Source: Epithemia pelagica (taxonomy: Eukaryota > Protista > Bacillariophyta). From it: DNA of 64,000 bases. The stretch lies in contig OX337242.1 of assembly GCA_946965045.2 (NCBI GenBank), positions 2,046,001 through 2,110,000 on the forward strand. Reading direction: 5' to 3'. Positions 12,301-23,494 of the stretch are shown one piece after another. Made by a program: the position numbers and the translations under genes. Within the stretch, counting starts at the first letter, position 1. Each line of letters opens with the position of its first letter. Under the pieces are notes generated by a model that saw nothing but the letters and a program-made list of their open reading frames with translations, searched no databases and was not told the DNA's origin.

Positions 12301-15300
12301 GACGAATCGCAGAGTTTTCTGTGGAAACAAGACTTGTACGACTCATCAGACACTGGGCTAGTATCTAATGCGGGCGCGATTTTCAAGAATGTTGGGAACG
12401 TTCTGCGTGAGACACCAAGCAATGCTGCTAGTACTTATGTCATCGCGGCATTGTGCAACTTTTTGTCAAGATGGAGAGAATCCATGAAGGACATTTCCCG
12501 TGATCTTGGTGACGCTCTTTGTCTTTGGGCAAGTGACATTGATAACAGAGTGCGCAATTCAACAAGAAAAGAAGACGTCAGTGGGCTTAAGGTCAAACAG
12601 TCGGAACTGCTTCGCCGTTCTATCCTCTGTTTTGCAGGTGGACCATTGACTGCTGGTGATATTGAAAAGATTGTTGTGAATATCGTTGAATGCAACAATC
12701 TTTGTCTTGGCCACATGTCTAGTGAGAACCGCTTTGTATCAGAATGCCTGAGTATAGTTGCCTCTCGGCTTCACGAGATCGTGGAATGCATTGAACGGAG
12801 GCCGGAGATGCTTACATTCGCTCTTCGGAAGATTGTGGTTGGCGCTCCGGACTGTTTGGAATGGCGGTCGATCAACGACTCGACTTCGTTTAGCACAGCA
12901 TCGGTTTGTTACGAGGCGGAAAATGATGGATGCTTGTATGGAGTCAATATCCTTACTGGTGTTGTTCTCGTGAATGGACTTCCTCCGGGTTCACTTCCAG
13001 CAGAAATCCTTGATCACAGTCTCTACAAACGTGTGTTTGGAAAAGAAAATTTTGAAGTTGTGAACATGACAGGAGTCCAAGAAACTACCAAGTTGGTTTC
13101 TGGATGTATGTATCGCTTCTTTAGACGTGGCCAGGAGTTGCACGTGACTGAAATTGATGTATCAACGATGGAGGAGCATGAACTTCTTGACGCGACAACC
13201 ATCAATAGTTGGGCTGGCGAGCTTAAGCCGCGACTTCAGCAGATGCATAGTCACTGGCTGAATCGGCAACAAGACATAATTGTTCTGAGAGGTCGCGCGT
13301 TTTATGACCGGCAAATAAGCTTTCTTCTGAGCTGTGGTCGCGAATCGTCGTCCCTGGAAGACAAAATTGAAGTGGGTGTTCATGTGGTTCCTAAGCATTT
13401 GCGTTCGATTCCTTTGTCTGAACTTTTGGATCAGATGACAGATTTCGAAAGAATTATTGTCCCCGCTGCAAAAGTTTCTGCGGCTCACGTTTTAACAAAG
13501 TTTGAGAATCCGGATTTCATACACTTTGTGGGGGGCCCTTCCGGGCTGATCCGAATTGAGCTTCCTCGATTCGGACTATCATTCGACTTCAAAGGTGGTC
13601 GCTTTATCTGCCAGGAATTGCGTGGGTTTTGTCTTTGGGAAGAGCAACTGCTATGTGGGGCGATGCATGGATTTTGCCGCTATATCATTTTAAACGAGGC
13701 ATCTCCGCTACGGCAAGAGACGTCTCTGATGAAGTGGAGTGAGGGTGACTTCCGAGTTATCATTCCGGATGGAGAGGTTGTGCGAGAAGAAGACGGTCAT
13801 GTCACCGTAGTAGACAGAAGCTTGTCGAACGGAGCGCACTGCAAGTGGTACCAGTACAAAGTGCATCAGCGTTATGGAACACTCTGTGGAGGTGATACTG
13901 CAGGTCGGATACACCTTGCTTCTATCCATATAGCCACCAGCACGGCCATCCCGGATTCAATGATTGGCATGACAGGCGCTGAAAGAGCCATGGAACTTAT
14001 TAGAGAGTGCTGGACAACTAAGCCGTATTCATATGAAGAAAGACGTGCTTTTGAAAACGTCATGTTTCTGTCGCGCGGAAGATATCCGAATATTTTCCTT
14101 TTATGCCTTGACAACTTAAAGTGCTCTGAGCAGGTCTCTTTCCTTTATGAACAAATGGATGAAGAGGAATACGAACCGCGGAGTTTCAGAGATATTGCCA
14201 ATACAAATGACTTCGTTGCACTTATCCACGACTGTAATGTTCGCATGGGTCTCTCGTCTGACGAAATGGGAAGACTTGGCTTGAAATGTTCAAGTTCACC
14301 TGTGATCCAGGGCCTTATGCCTGAGAATCTGGTCAGAGGGCTGTCCAACTCAACGAAGAAAAAAGTTGCGACTTTGGAAAATTCATTTCTCAAGTGCCTG
14401 GATCACGAGAAGACAGCTGTGGTGGAAAACGCTTTCCCACTTTCTCATGTGAAAACAGATTGCAGATTAGGGATGGATGTAATGGAGGAAATGCGGGCAA
14501 GTTGGAACAACTATACCGATGGATCACGTGAGAAGCTAGTTTTACAAGATTCTTGGTTTCAGCGAGTCTCGAAAACAGCCGTAAATATCGATACAGAAAC
14601 TGCTCGAATTTGGGCATTTTTGAAACAATCCCTACAAGTCACGGTACCGATTCATTTTCGTAACAGGATGGCATTTCATCAATTAACCAATATTCTTCCT
14701 GCCCTAGTTACACCAATGGACCTGATCAGAGGTGTTCATGATCCAACTCGGTTGTCGGCCTTTAACCCTTCGCTCTCCGAAGCTTCACAGAAGTTGTTGA
14801 AAGATGTCATTGTGGCATGGCTGAGGCTTCTCGTTCTTGCGGACAAGACGAAGAGGCTAAAAGCCTTTCATTCTCAGAACAACGTTTACGAGATTCGTAA
14901 AGAATTGAGGTGTTCAAGATTGTGGAACCCTTGGCAATATCCTGCCTGGGTTGCGTTTGAGGTCGACCAGGGCATACAAATACGGCCTGAACAAGCAGAA
15001 GTTGCCCTTCATTTACTTCGCAATTCGGGACATGTGGTACAAATGAATATGGGTATGGGTAAAACAAGTAAGTGCATCGTGACGGAGAGTTGTTGCATAT
15101 CATCATTTTGTTGTCTTAAGCTGCTTATTATTTGACAGGGGTTATCATGCCTTTGCTGATTCTACACTGGGCATACCATCACCAAAACAGTCCAAAGGAA
15201 AAACCAATTACACGGGTCAATATACTACCAAGCCTTTTTGCTGAAGCGCACTCTTTCTTCTCCACATGTTTGACGGCAAGCATCGCAAACCTGCGAATAT

Positions 15301-18300
15301 TTCAACTGCCATTTTGTAGAGATGTTGTTGTTGACAATCTCCGGCTTCGTTTAATGACGAGAATGATTGACCAATGCAGATTGTCGAATGGTATTTTTAT
15401 CGTAGCACCTGAGCATCGGCTTTCCATGGAACTGAAAGTTCACGAGCTTTCCAGACGAGGCGAGAACTTCCTAGAAGTAAGTCGGAGTCTTTCGGAAGTT
15501 TGTAACGCTCTGAACTGGCGCGATGTGCTTGACGAAAGCGATGAATTGCTGCACCATCGATATCGGTTGATTTACGCTACTGGTGACGTTGAGATGCTTC
15601 CTGGTGGACCTGATCGGTATCAAGCTGCTCAGATTCTTTTGAATCGTATATCCACATGTAAAGAAGTTCGATCATTTGTGGACCTGAACAAGTCGGCTTT
15701 CGTGTACGATACGAAGAAAAGTGGCATGTCATGTGGAAACCTTCGTATAAATTCGAAGACTGTCACTGTTTCCCTGATACACTCACTACAGAAGATTCTT
15801 GTTGAATCAATAGTTAAGAGGCCCCCGTACTGCCTTGATTGGTTACGTGACCACCCCGGAAGCACAGAAATTACCGATTTCCTTGTGAATCCGAGGAGTT
15901 CCACGAAATCAATAGCAGAACTTGGTCTCACGGGAAAGCATCGTCAGTCGCTACTTGCCTTTCGTGGATTATTGAGCGGAGGAATACTTACAAGCTGTCT
16001 GCGAAAGCGTCACCGAGTAGACTATGGAGTTGCGCGACGAGGCAAAAAGCGAATCGCAGTTCCATTTCGGGGAGCGGACACTCCGGCAGAACGGTCAGAA
16101 TTTGCACATCCCGATATGGCCATATTGCTAACATGCAGGTCGTATTACGAGGATGGTCTTCAGGAAAATGACATACGTACAACTTTCTCTGAGCTGCTTG
16201 CACTGGGAAGGGAATCCAGGCGAAAACAATACAATAACTGGTTTACTGCATCGCTTGATATGATGACGGAACATGGTTTCGATCATTCCAGTATAAATGA
16301 AATCGATAAGATTGACCTTTCGAATGATCAGCAGTTCAGTTGCCTTGTAACATTCTTTTCCAGAAATTATTTGACCGTAAATTTTTGGTTGAACACATGT
16401 GTTTTCCCATACGAAATGCAGCATTTTCCTTATCGAATGACAGCCACATCATGGAACTTGGCAGAGAATTCAATTGGCGGCTGGGTTGGAGGTTTCTCTG
16501 GCACAAATGACAACCATCGTGCATTGCCCTTGCAAGTTAAGCAGTACTTTGCTAGCCCGAACGCTCATACCGAGACTCCGGAAAGCAAGGGTATCTGGAT
16601 GTCACTCATGGGCACAAATGGACTCATGGTAGACTGCATTTCTAAGAACTCTCTTGGTTGTCACGAACTCACAGATATGGACCCTTTGGATGCTATCCTT
16701 GAGTTTATGAGCTCGTATGATGACCAGATTCATGCTCTAATTGACTGTGGAGCTATCCTTGCTGGAGCTTCTCGCTCTGCTACCGCTAAAAAACTGCTGC
16801 ATGCTGTACGATCCCGATCTGATCTCAGGGGTGTCACATTCTTCGACGGGGCTGAATGGAAGATAATGGAGGAGAATGGTCGAACCACACAAAAGGATGT
16901 TTCACCGGTTGACGAAAAGGACGCCTTTGCCTTCTACGATGAGCCCAGGTGCCGAGGTTCCGACTTGAAGCTTCGACACAACGCTGTTGCAGTCCTCACT
17001 CTTGGACCTTGTTTATGCAAAGACAAATTCATGCAGGCCGCTGGTCGCCTGCGAAAACTGGGAAAAGGACAGAAGCTTGTTATCGTGGGTACGAAGGAGG
17101 TCATGACAGAGATTCAAACCGTTCTGAAACAGAAACGGAGCGCAAACATTACTGTGATTCAAGTTCTTGAATGGACTGTGAGGAACACAATAGATTCTGC
17201 TGCAGAGGCTTGCCTTCCGTGGGCGTCGCAAGGATTCTTCCACGCGACGTCATACGGGAACCACGACCTTGTTGTCGAGAAGGAACTCTCGACACTGGAA
17301 GAGTTGTATGGAGAAAGTTTTGTCGGTATTCAGGCAAGCAAAGCTGTCGTGAAAGCGAAAAATCATTACCTGGGTAGGATGGAACGTCAGAGGCACACTT
17401 TGTTTCCAGAATCAACTAAAATCGTGGAATCAATTATGGAACGGTCAAAGGATTTTGAAAACTACCTGGTTAGTCGCAACCAAGGAATTGACGAAGAATG
17501 TGAACGAGAGTTGGAAATCGAGCGAGAAGTCGAACGAGAAGAAGAGATGGAAATCCCTAAGGTGTCACCAAGAGCCGAACAAGAATGGCCCATGGGGGAA
17601 CTATTCCTCGTAGATGGACCGCAAGATCTGTCGCCACGTGCAAAAGTCCAGCGATTATCCAAGTTTGTGAGCAGGTACTTGAGTCCGTCTTCGATCAGCA
17701 AGATAAATTGGAATGATTCTGTGTACGGAACAAGCAATTTCTTCCTTTCGGTGTCGTCTCAACATACCTTGAACAATTATCTGAGGATGGTTGATGCCGC
17801 ACTTTTCTTCCCGCGTACAAACGAAGTTCTCCTTCTTTCAGAGCGAGAAACAGATCTGATCATCAAGGAGATCCATGAGTTCCGTCATAGTAGGAAACGT
17901 AAAAGTTCCGCTCTGGTCGCTGCAGAAGAGGGTTTCACAGACTTTCGCTTTGTTCTATTTCATTTGATGTTTGCTCGGACGGCATCTGACGGGAAAGTTA
18001 AAGGTGTAGTTCCCGGTGCCGTGACACTGGGAGTGAAAATGAATAACAAGGTCACACCATGGAACCATCTTTTACCTGATAACATTCTTGCCTGTTTACA
18101 ACTCTTTGCGGGAGAAACCGTTTATCCAACAGAAGAGCGTCGAAAGGAATTGAAAAAGTGCATTCGCAAATCAAGAGGTGAACCATTGTTACGGGAAGCA
18201 CGTGCGTTGGCTGATATGCGACACTATACACACTGTTATCCCTACAGCGATCTAGAACAAGTATGCAAAGAAATCGAACGAGAGCATGTATCACGATCCT

Positions 18301-18320
18301 GCAAACGGAAGCACGCTTGA
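9322..18320 (+). CDS. Giant DUF3638/DUF3645 SF2 (SecA-like) ATPase, copy 1, 2927 aa
   Basis: Exons 9322-9462, 9542-10704, 10770-15067, 15139-18320 splice in frame (8784 nt) through GTAAG donors. Motifs QMNMGMGKT, DVLDESDELL, AVPFRGADTPAERSEFAHPD (DUF3645 HPD), GFSGT, RGSDLKL, QAAGRLR. Confidence 0.9.
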
Positions 18321-18453
18321 TTGTCAAAGCAGACAATGTATTGTGCCCAAAAGTATAACAACAACGGTCGACGGAATATGGGTTCCAGAGTGATTGAATC
18401 AGTTTATATGTGTAACTGATAAGTCTATGAATAAGAGTGCAAGTATACATCCT

Positions 18454-20085
18454 TCATTTACGTGGGGCTATTGCTTCCTCCAACGTGACAACTCCAGAGT
18501 GGTCCTTGTCTAGCAAGTCAAAATTTTGCTTGAGCACTTCCACCATTTCGACCGTCAGCTTTCCTTGTCGTAGCAACTGCAATACCATGAAATCGCTGAG
18601 ATGCAACGGCGAATGCTGCCCCGGTGGCAATGGGCTGTAGGTATTGCGGGTCGATGTTAAGTGACGCGCCAAATCGTGTTCATGCTGGGACAAGGGTCGT
18701 GTCAAGGCACTGGCTTCGAGCGCCTTGGCTTGTCCATCGACCAGCACTTTGGCATAGTGACCCAAGGTCAAGGCAAAGAGCGGAATACCAAGCAAACAAA
18801 AGATTCCACAAAAAATGGCGGGTTGTGCGTCCAAAATACCCGTGACTTGGTCCACTTGGGGTGCCGTGAGACCACCCGTGGCCAAGGCGGAAATGGCAAA
18901 ATGAGTGGCAGTGATAAAGTCCCATTGTTCATGAATCATGCCCCATACAATGCCCATGGACACCTACAAAACAAACACCAGGTAGATGCGATGCTCCAAC
19001 TGCCAGGCCTTTTGTATCGAGGTTTGTACTGTTTGAAACAAACGGCGAGGTGCCGAAGTAAGACCTCCTTTCTCCTGTTTGTCTTTCAAGGACTGCACAA
19101 GTTGATCAATCCCACGATAGATCCCCACAAACTCTTGCATGTGAATGACTCCGTCTTTGAGCTTATCAAATTTTGTCCACAGTTGATGAATCTCATGATC
19201 GTCAATGCTATCCACAAAATGTAGATTCTCTCCACTTTCATTCACCCTGCCCTCGATTGCCTCCGTTTCGTTACTTGACACACGAAACGCCGATCGAATC
19301 AACGTTTTGAATTCTTCAAATGTAAGAACTCCTGTATGGTCCACATCGGCTTGATCAAATACTTGTTTTTCGAGCCAGACTTCGTATTCTTGTATCGACG
19401 GTGTGGACAACCCTTCAACCGCTTCTTGAAGAAACAAGGCCAGGGCACCGGCAATGACAGAGGCTCCCAACAAAATGTAAGCAATCGTAAAGGCCTTGCT
19501 GACCAACTTGGTTTCATACACTTGCGTACAAAATCCAATCGACATGCCCGCATCCACGGCATAAAAAAAGGCCTGATGGAGGGGCCAATCGTTGCATACG
19601 GAATAAAACAGGGATCCGACGGATACCCAAACCACTTCAATCATCATGCAGCTCCGATAGAGTCTCAGTGGATTGTACGTATTCTGTCACGTCGATATCG
19701 CCACCGTACCAGCAGTGTCATTGTGAAAGTCGTTGTCGTCCACTCGACTGTCTATTTGGAGCCCTGTGCTGTTGCTGTTTGGAACAAACCCCAGTGTCCG
19801 ACGTTTTCGTTTAGGATGAATCAGAATCTGAGAAACCAAGGGAAGTTTCGTTTGGATCTTCTGCCACCAAGGTGCCAGTGGCAACATTGGTTTCGTTCTG
19901 TTGGTCCTGATTGTTGTCACATTGCCGACACTGGAAGAAATCGAAGAGAGTGGCCGCCGTTGTCGCCAGTTCTTTAGATGAAATCTTGCCCTTTTTGCAC
20001 AGGAGGGTTGCACTCCTTGTGACAACAATACCAACAAAATCAAGAAACCATAATATCGTCGTCGTTGTCCGACCATGTGCCACAT
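18454..20085 (-). pseudogene. Two-pore (TPK/K2P-like) cation channel with EF-hands, copy 1, two nonsense codons
   Basis: One frame from ATG 20085 with TGA at 19689-19687 and TAG at 18966-18964, both TGG in copy 2. Four TMs, two pore loops (SIGF, TGGL), EF-hands DVDHTGVLTFEE, DKLKDGVIHMQE, DKDHSGVVTLEE. Confidence 0.85.
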
Positions 20086-20519
20086 GCCATCATGTAATCA
20101 TTTCAGATCCATCATCGCGAAGATTGGATGACATCCCGAAAGATACCGAATGATGTACTCAATCTGTCATAGTAATACCTTTGACATTCCCTCGCTATTG
20201 CTCCCCAGCGGTGTTGAGTATTTTTGAACGTTGAATCGTTTCTAGGTAAACTTTGTCCGACTGGGGAGTACTTGGTCTCCGGACATCAGAATACTGCACA
20301 GATCTGCGACTGCCTACACCGCCGTGCAGATTGGCTCATGTGTACCAATAATTTTTTTCAATATTGGGCCCCCCGTCACATTTTCAAGGAGCAACAACAA
20401 CATGGACGATTGCTTGTTGTGGTCAATGGTTCGAGCTGATCCTTGTTTGGTTGTCTCACAAAATCAATAATCATCCATCAACCAAAACATTCTCTTACTT
20501 CTCTATACCCATAGACAAC

Positions 20520-21233
20520 ATGGCTCCTTCCGATCTCAGTCGCGCCCTCTACGCCGAAAAATGGTCCTTGGCCACCAAATTGGTTTCCCAAAATCCTTGG
20601 TATGCCTCCCAATGGTCCAAACAGCCCAGTTTGTTTGATGGCAAGACGCCCGCCCAAGTATTGCCTCTCCATCAAGCAACAGTCAATGGTGCACCATTGT
20701 CATGTATTCGGGCCTTGGTTCATGCCTACCCATCGGCTCTCCGACAAGTCGAATCCTCCTTTCAACGCTTGCCCTTGCATTGTGCCTGTCGCAAACAGGC
20801 ATCGGCCGATGTCATTGAATACTTGGTCCAAAAACCAAAATCAGCCTGTTTGCAAGCCGATTCCATGAGTCGGTTGCCCTTGCATTATGCCTTGACCAAC
20901 GGTGCCGACGAAACTGTGGTACAAACCTTGATGCGAGCCCATCCCCAAGCCGCCAAGGGATGCGACGTCTTGGGATGGACACCAGTTCACATTGCACTGT
21001 CGGTCGGTGCATCACCGAGTTTGTGTCAGTTGTTGTTGGAACAACATCCCGAATCGGTCTTGATTCGTACCAATCGTGGCACCAGTATGCGAAGTGTTAT
21101 TCCTCGCAAGGCACCCAATCGACAAGAATTGCAATCCATGGTGGCAGAAACCAAGCAACATGTGGAACAAACAGTCAAACTTCCTGCCTTGAAGCAAAAA
21201 TCACTTCGGCCGTCGCACATGGTGTTGGTATAA
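20520..21233 (+). CDS. Ankyrin-repeat protein (diatom LPLH type), copy 1, 237 aa
   Basis: ATG 20520; repeats LPLHQA, LPLHCAC, LPLHYAL, TPVHIAL. Confidence 0.88.
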   Translation: MAPSDLSRALYAEKWSLATKLVSQNPWYASQWSKQPSLFDGKTPAQVLPLHQATVNGAPLSCIRALVHAYPSALRQVESSFQRLPLHCACRKQASADVIEYLVQKPKSACLQADSMSRLPLHYALTNGADETVVQTLMRAHPQAAKGCDVLGWTPVHIALSVGASPSLCQLLLEQHPESVLIRTNRGTSMRSVIPRKAPNRQELQSMVAETKQHVEQTVKLPALKQKSLRPSHMVLV

Positions 21234-21739
21234 AACGAGCTTATTTTTGTTCCATGACATGCAACCCCTTCTCCCCAACCACCAGATTTTGAATTCTCTG
21301 TGTGATCTGCATTAGAACACAGGACGAGCAGACACATGGGTATGTAAATAAGCACATGACATCTCCTTGTGGTTGGTCATTGCGATCGTTGATATCCTTG
21401 TAGGAGTAATATGATGGCTAGTACTCCAAGCAATTGCAATGGGTTTGGTTTCTGAGTCTGTCTTCTCCTGTCTGTGCGACTGCATTCGGATGGACAGACA
21501 GAAGATCGCTCCGAGTTCAGTCTCGCTCATCAAATATAGGGTCCCTTGAAATGAACAGGCGTGTCGCATGATATGTATGGAGTTGAGAGGTTGACATTGC
21601 CTGCCCAGTAAGGGTTCCACAATCGGCATCATTCTTATCTCGGACGCGCAAAGGGCTACCGATACCGAGCAATATGCCAGAACAAAACAAATTTGTACAT
21701 GCGTAGCTTGAGTTTGCACTTGTATCCTTGACTGTGCCA

Positions 21740-22879
21740 TTAGGTCGGTGAAGCTCTCCAAAAGGCTCGGGCTCGTCCATGCCATGTGGGTGTACGAGCA
21801 ATGCGCAAGGTTTGCCATCGACGAGGTGGCCACACAATGCATTCCGCCACTCCGACCAAACAATTTTTGGAGACGGGTCCATAGTCGCGGGTATCAATAC
21901 TGCAACTCGTCGTCTCATTGTCTGCAGGATTCATTTGATCGCCTTCCACATGAACCGAGTAGGGTGGTAACAGTTGCAATTGAGAATGACTGCTACTGCT
22001 GGCACCCAGTGATTTGGTGCCGTGTCCACCAACGACACGCTGTTTGGGTACGACTTGCAACCACTGACCGCCCATGGCAATGACTCGTTTAATTTGTAGT
22101 TCGTTAAATTCTTGAGGCGATTTGATCACCACCACTTGACCTGGCAATACCATGGGTGGTCGAGAATAGAACCAGGGGCGAGGCACGCCGGGTGAATGTT
22201 CCAACAACAAGTGTTCGTAATGATCAATTTTGCTCCGCAAAAGTGCCACTTCGGTTGATGATAAGAACCCTTGAAGTTGTGGATGTTGTTGTTCAGACGA
22301 CCGAGCAGCTTTCGATGCGTTTGATGAATCCTTGTCTGACGCCCTGGTAGAACTCTTGTTGTTGTTGTTGTCCTTTTCACTTTCATATGTTGGATCCAGG
22401 TCTTGTGTTGGGTTGTTCTCATCTTTTCCACCCAAGAATCGAAACACCGAAGCTGGAAGCAAGGCTCCGCCATCCGCTTTGCGTACCAGCACCCAATCTC
22501 CAGCCTGTAGGGTAGGTTCCATGCTTCGTCCATCCACGCGAACGACATCGACAAAACAATCACGAATCCAAATCAGAGTCGGAATACTGGCCAAGACATA
22601 ATACGGCCAAGAAGAAGAAGAAGATGACGAAGAAGAAGGAAACCGATGAAAATGTTGTTGTTGCTGTTGAGAATGCTGATGATGATAATGCTGATATGCA
22701 CTATTCGTTGAAGAATAGAACCTTCTTTGAGCGCCATTTGTCAACAACCAAGCAAATCCATCTCCCGATCGTTCCAGATGGAGTATCGAGAGATCTTTCC
22801 TCCATGTATGTCTTGTTTCTGCCCTTGCATCAAGCCATGTGACGAAATGCTGTAGCCGTCGATGTGATCTTCGAAGCAT
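21740..22879 (-). CDS. IMP2: IMP1/IMP2-family peptidase, copy 2
   Basis: ATG 22879; same catalytic motifs as copy 1, intact frame. Confidence 0.88.
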   Translation of the reverse strand: MLRRSHRRLQHFVTWLDARAETRHTWRKDLSILHLERSGDGFAWLLTNGAQRRFYSSTNSAYQHYHHQHSQQQQQHFHRFPSSSSSSSSSWPYYVLASIPTLIWIRDCFVDVVRVDGRSMEPTLQAGDWVLVRKADGGALLPASVFRFLGGKDENNPTQDLDPTYESEKDNNNNKSSTRASDKDSSNASKAARSSEQQHPQLQGFLSSTEVALLRSKIDHYEHLLLEHSPGVPRPWFYSRPPMVLPGQVVVIKSPQEFNELQIKRVIAMGGQWLQVVPKQRVVGGHGTKSLGASSSSHSQLQLLPPYSVHVEGDQMNPADNETTSCSIDTRDYGPVSKNCLVGVAECIVWPPRRWQTLRIARTPTWHGRARAFWRASPT

Positions 22880-23494
22880 GGTGCAGCTCTTGACTTGCAA
22901 AACAACTCCCTCCTCCTGGTTTCGGAGAGACAATTGACTTGGTTCCAATCTGATAACGATCGTTATCGTCGTCAATCTTCTACACTCCAGTAATTTGATA
23001 TCTAATTTATTTTATATTTCTTTTGAAAGATATCATTACCCCGATAGAGATTTTATAGAAAATAGCCTGATAAAACCCGGCCTTAGAAAGATCCATCGAT
23101 GTTTCGGTTTTCGTCGTTCGTCTCCCTCATTTTTTCAGCAGCGGGAGTCGCAGTTGCGGTAAAACGCAACGTAGGTAGACCTTGTGGTTGTGTGAACATT
23201 TGAAACAAAGGAACAAGTACATACGCACGATGAAGGATTCCTCTACTAGGGTTGGCAGGACATGTCGCAGGTTTTCGAGTGAAACCCATTCCTGTGGCCA
23301 TGGAAGACGGGTTTTAAGGTGATCCGCACTGCAACTCCGAAGAGTGACGGATCGACACTTTCTATTCCACACTCTGTGATATCCATTGTGAAAAAGAAAA
23401 TGGAATGACAGGGATTGATTGTGAATAGATCTTTTCTTACGAGGGATGGGAATTGCTTTTTCATTGATATCCGCAATAGGAAGAGGACACCGCA

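Larger units (their letters stand above)
7374..21530. repeat. Tandem segmental duplication, unit 1 (~14.2 kb)
   Basis: Same four genes in the same order and orientation as 21527-35852; alignable intergenic DNA; TCAT at 7374-7377, 21527-21530 and 35849-35852. Confidence 0.92.

Noticed and set aside
9482-18320. Three consecutive large ORFs read as an operon-like or frameshifted set (also 23746-32439)
   Set aside because: Each break coincides with a 64-79 nt GT-AG intron conserved in both copies; they are single spliced genes.
9322-18320. Ubiquitin hydrolase label, which I recall being attached to DUF3638 proteins
   Set aside because: No OTU or USP catalytic motifs recognised; only ATPase motifs are supported by the sequence.
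18318-21233. Reassigned genetic code (TGA=Trp or TAA=Gln) in the host
   Set aside because: Intact genes end at TGA (18318-18320) and TAA (21231-21233, 7598-7596).
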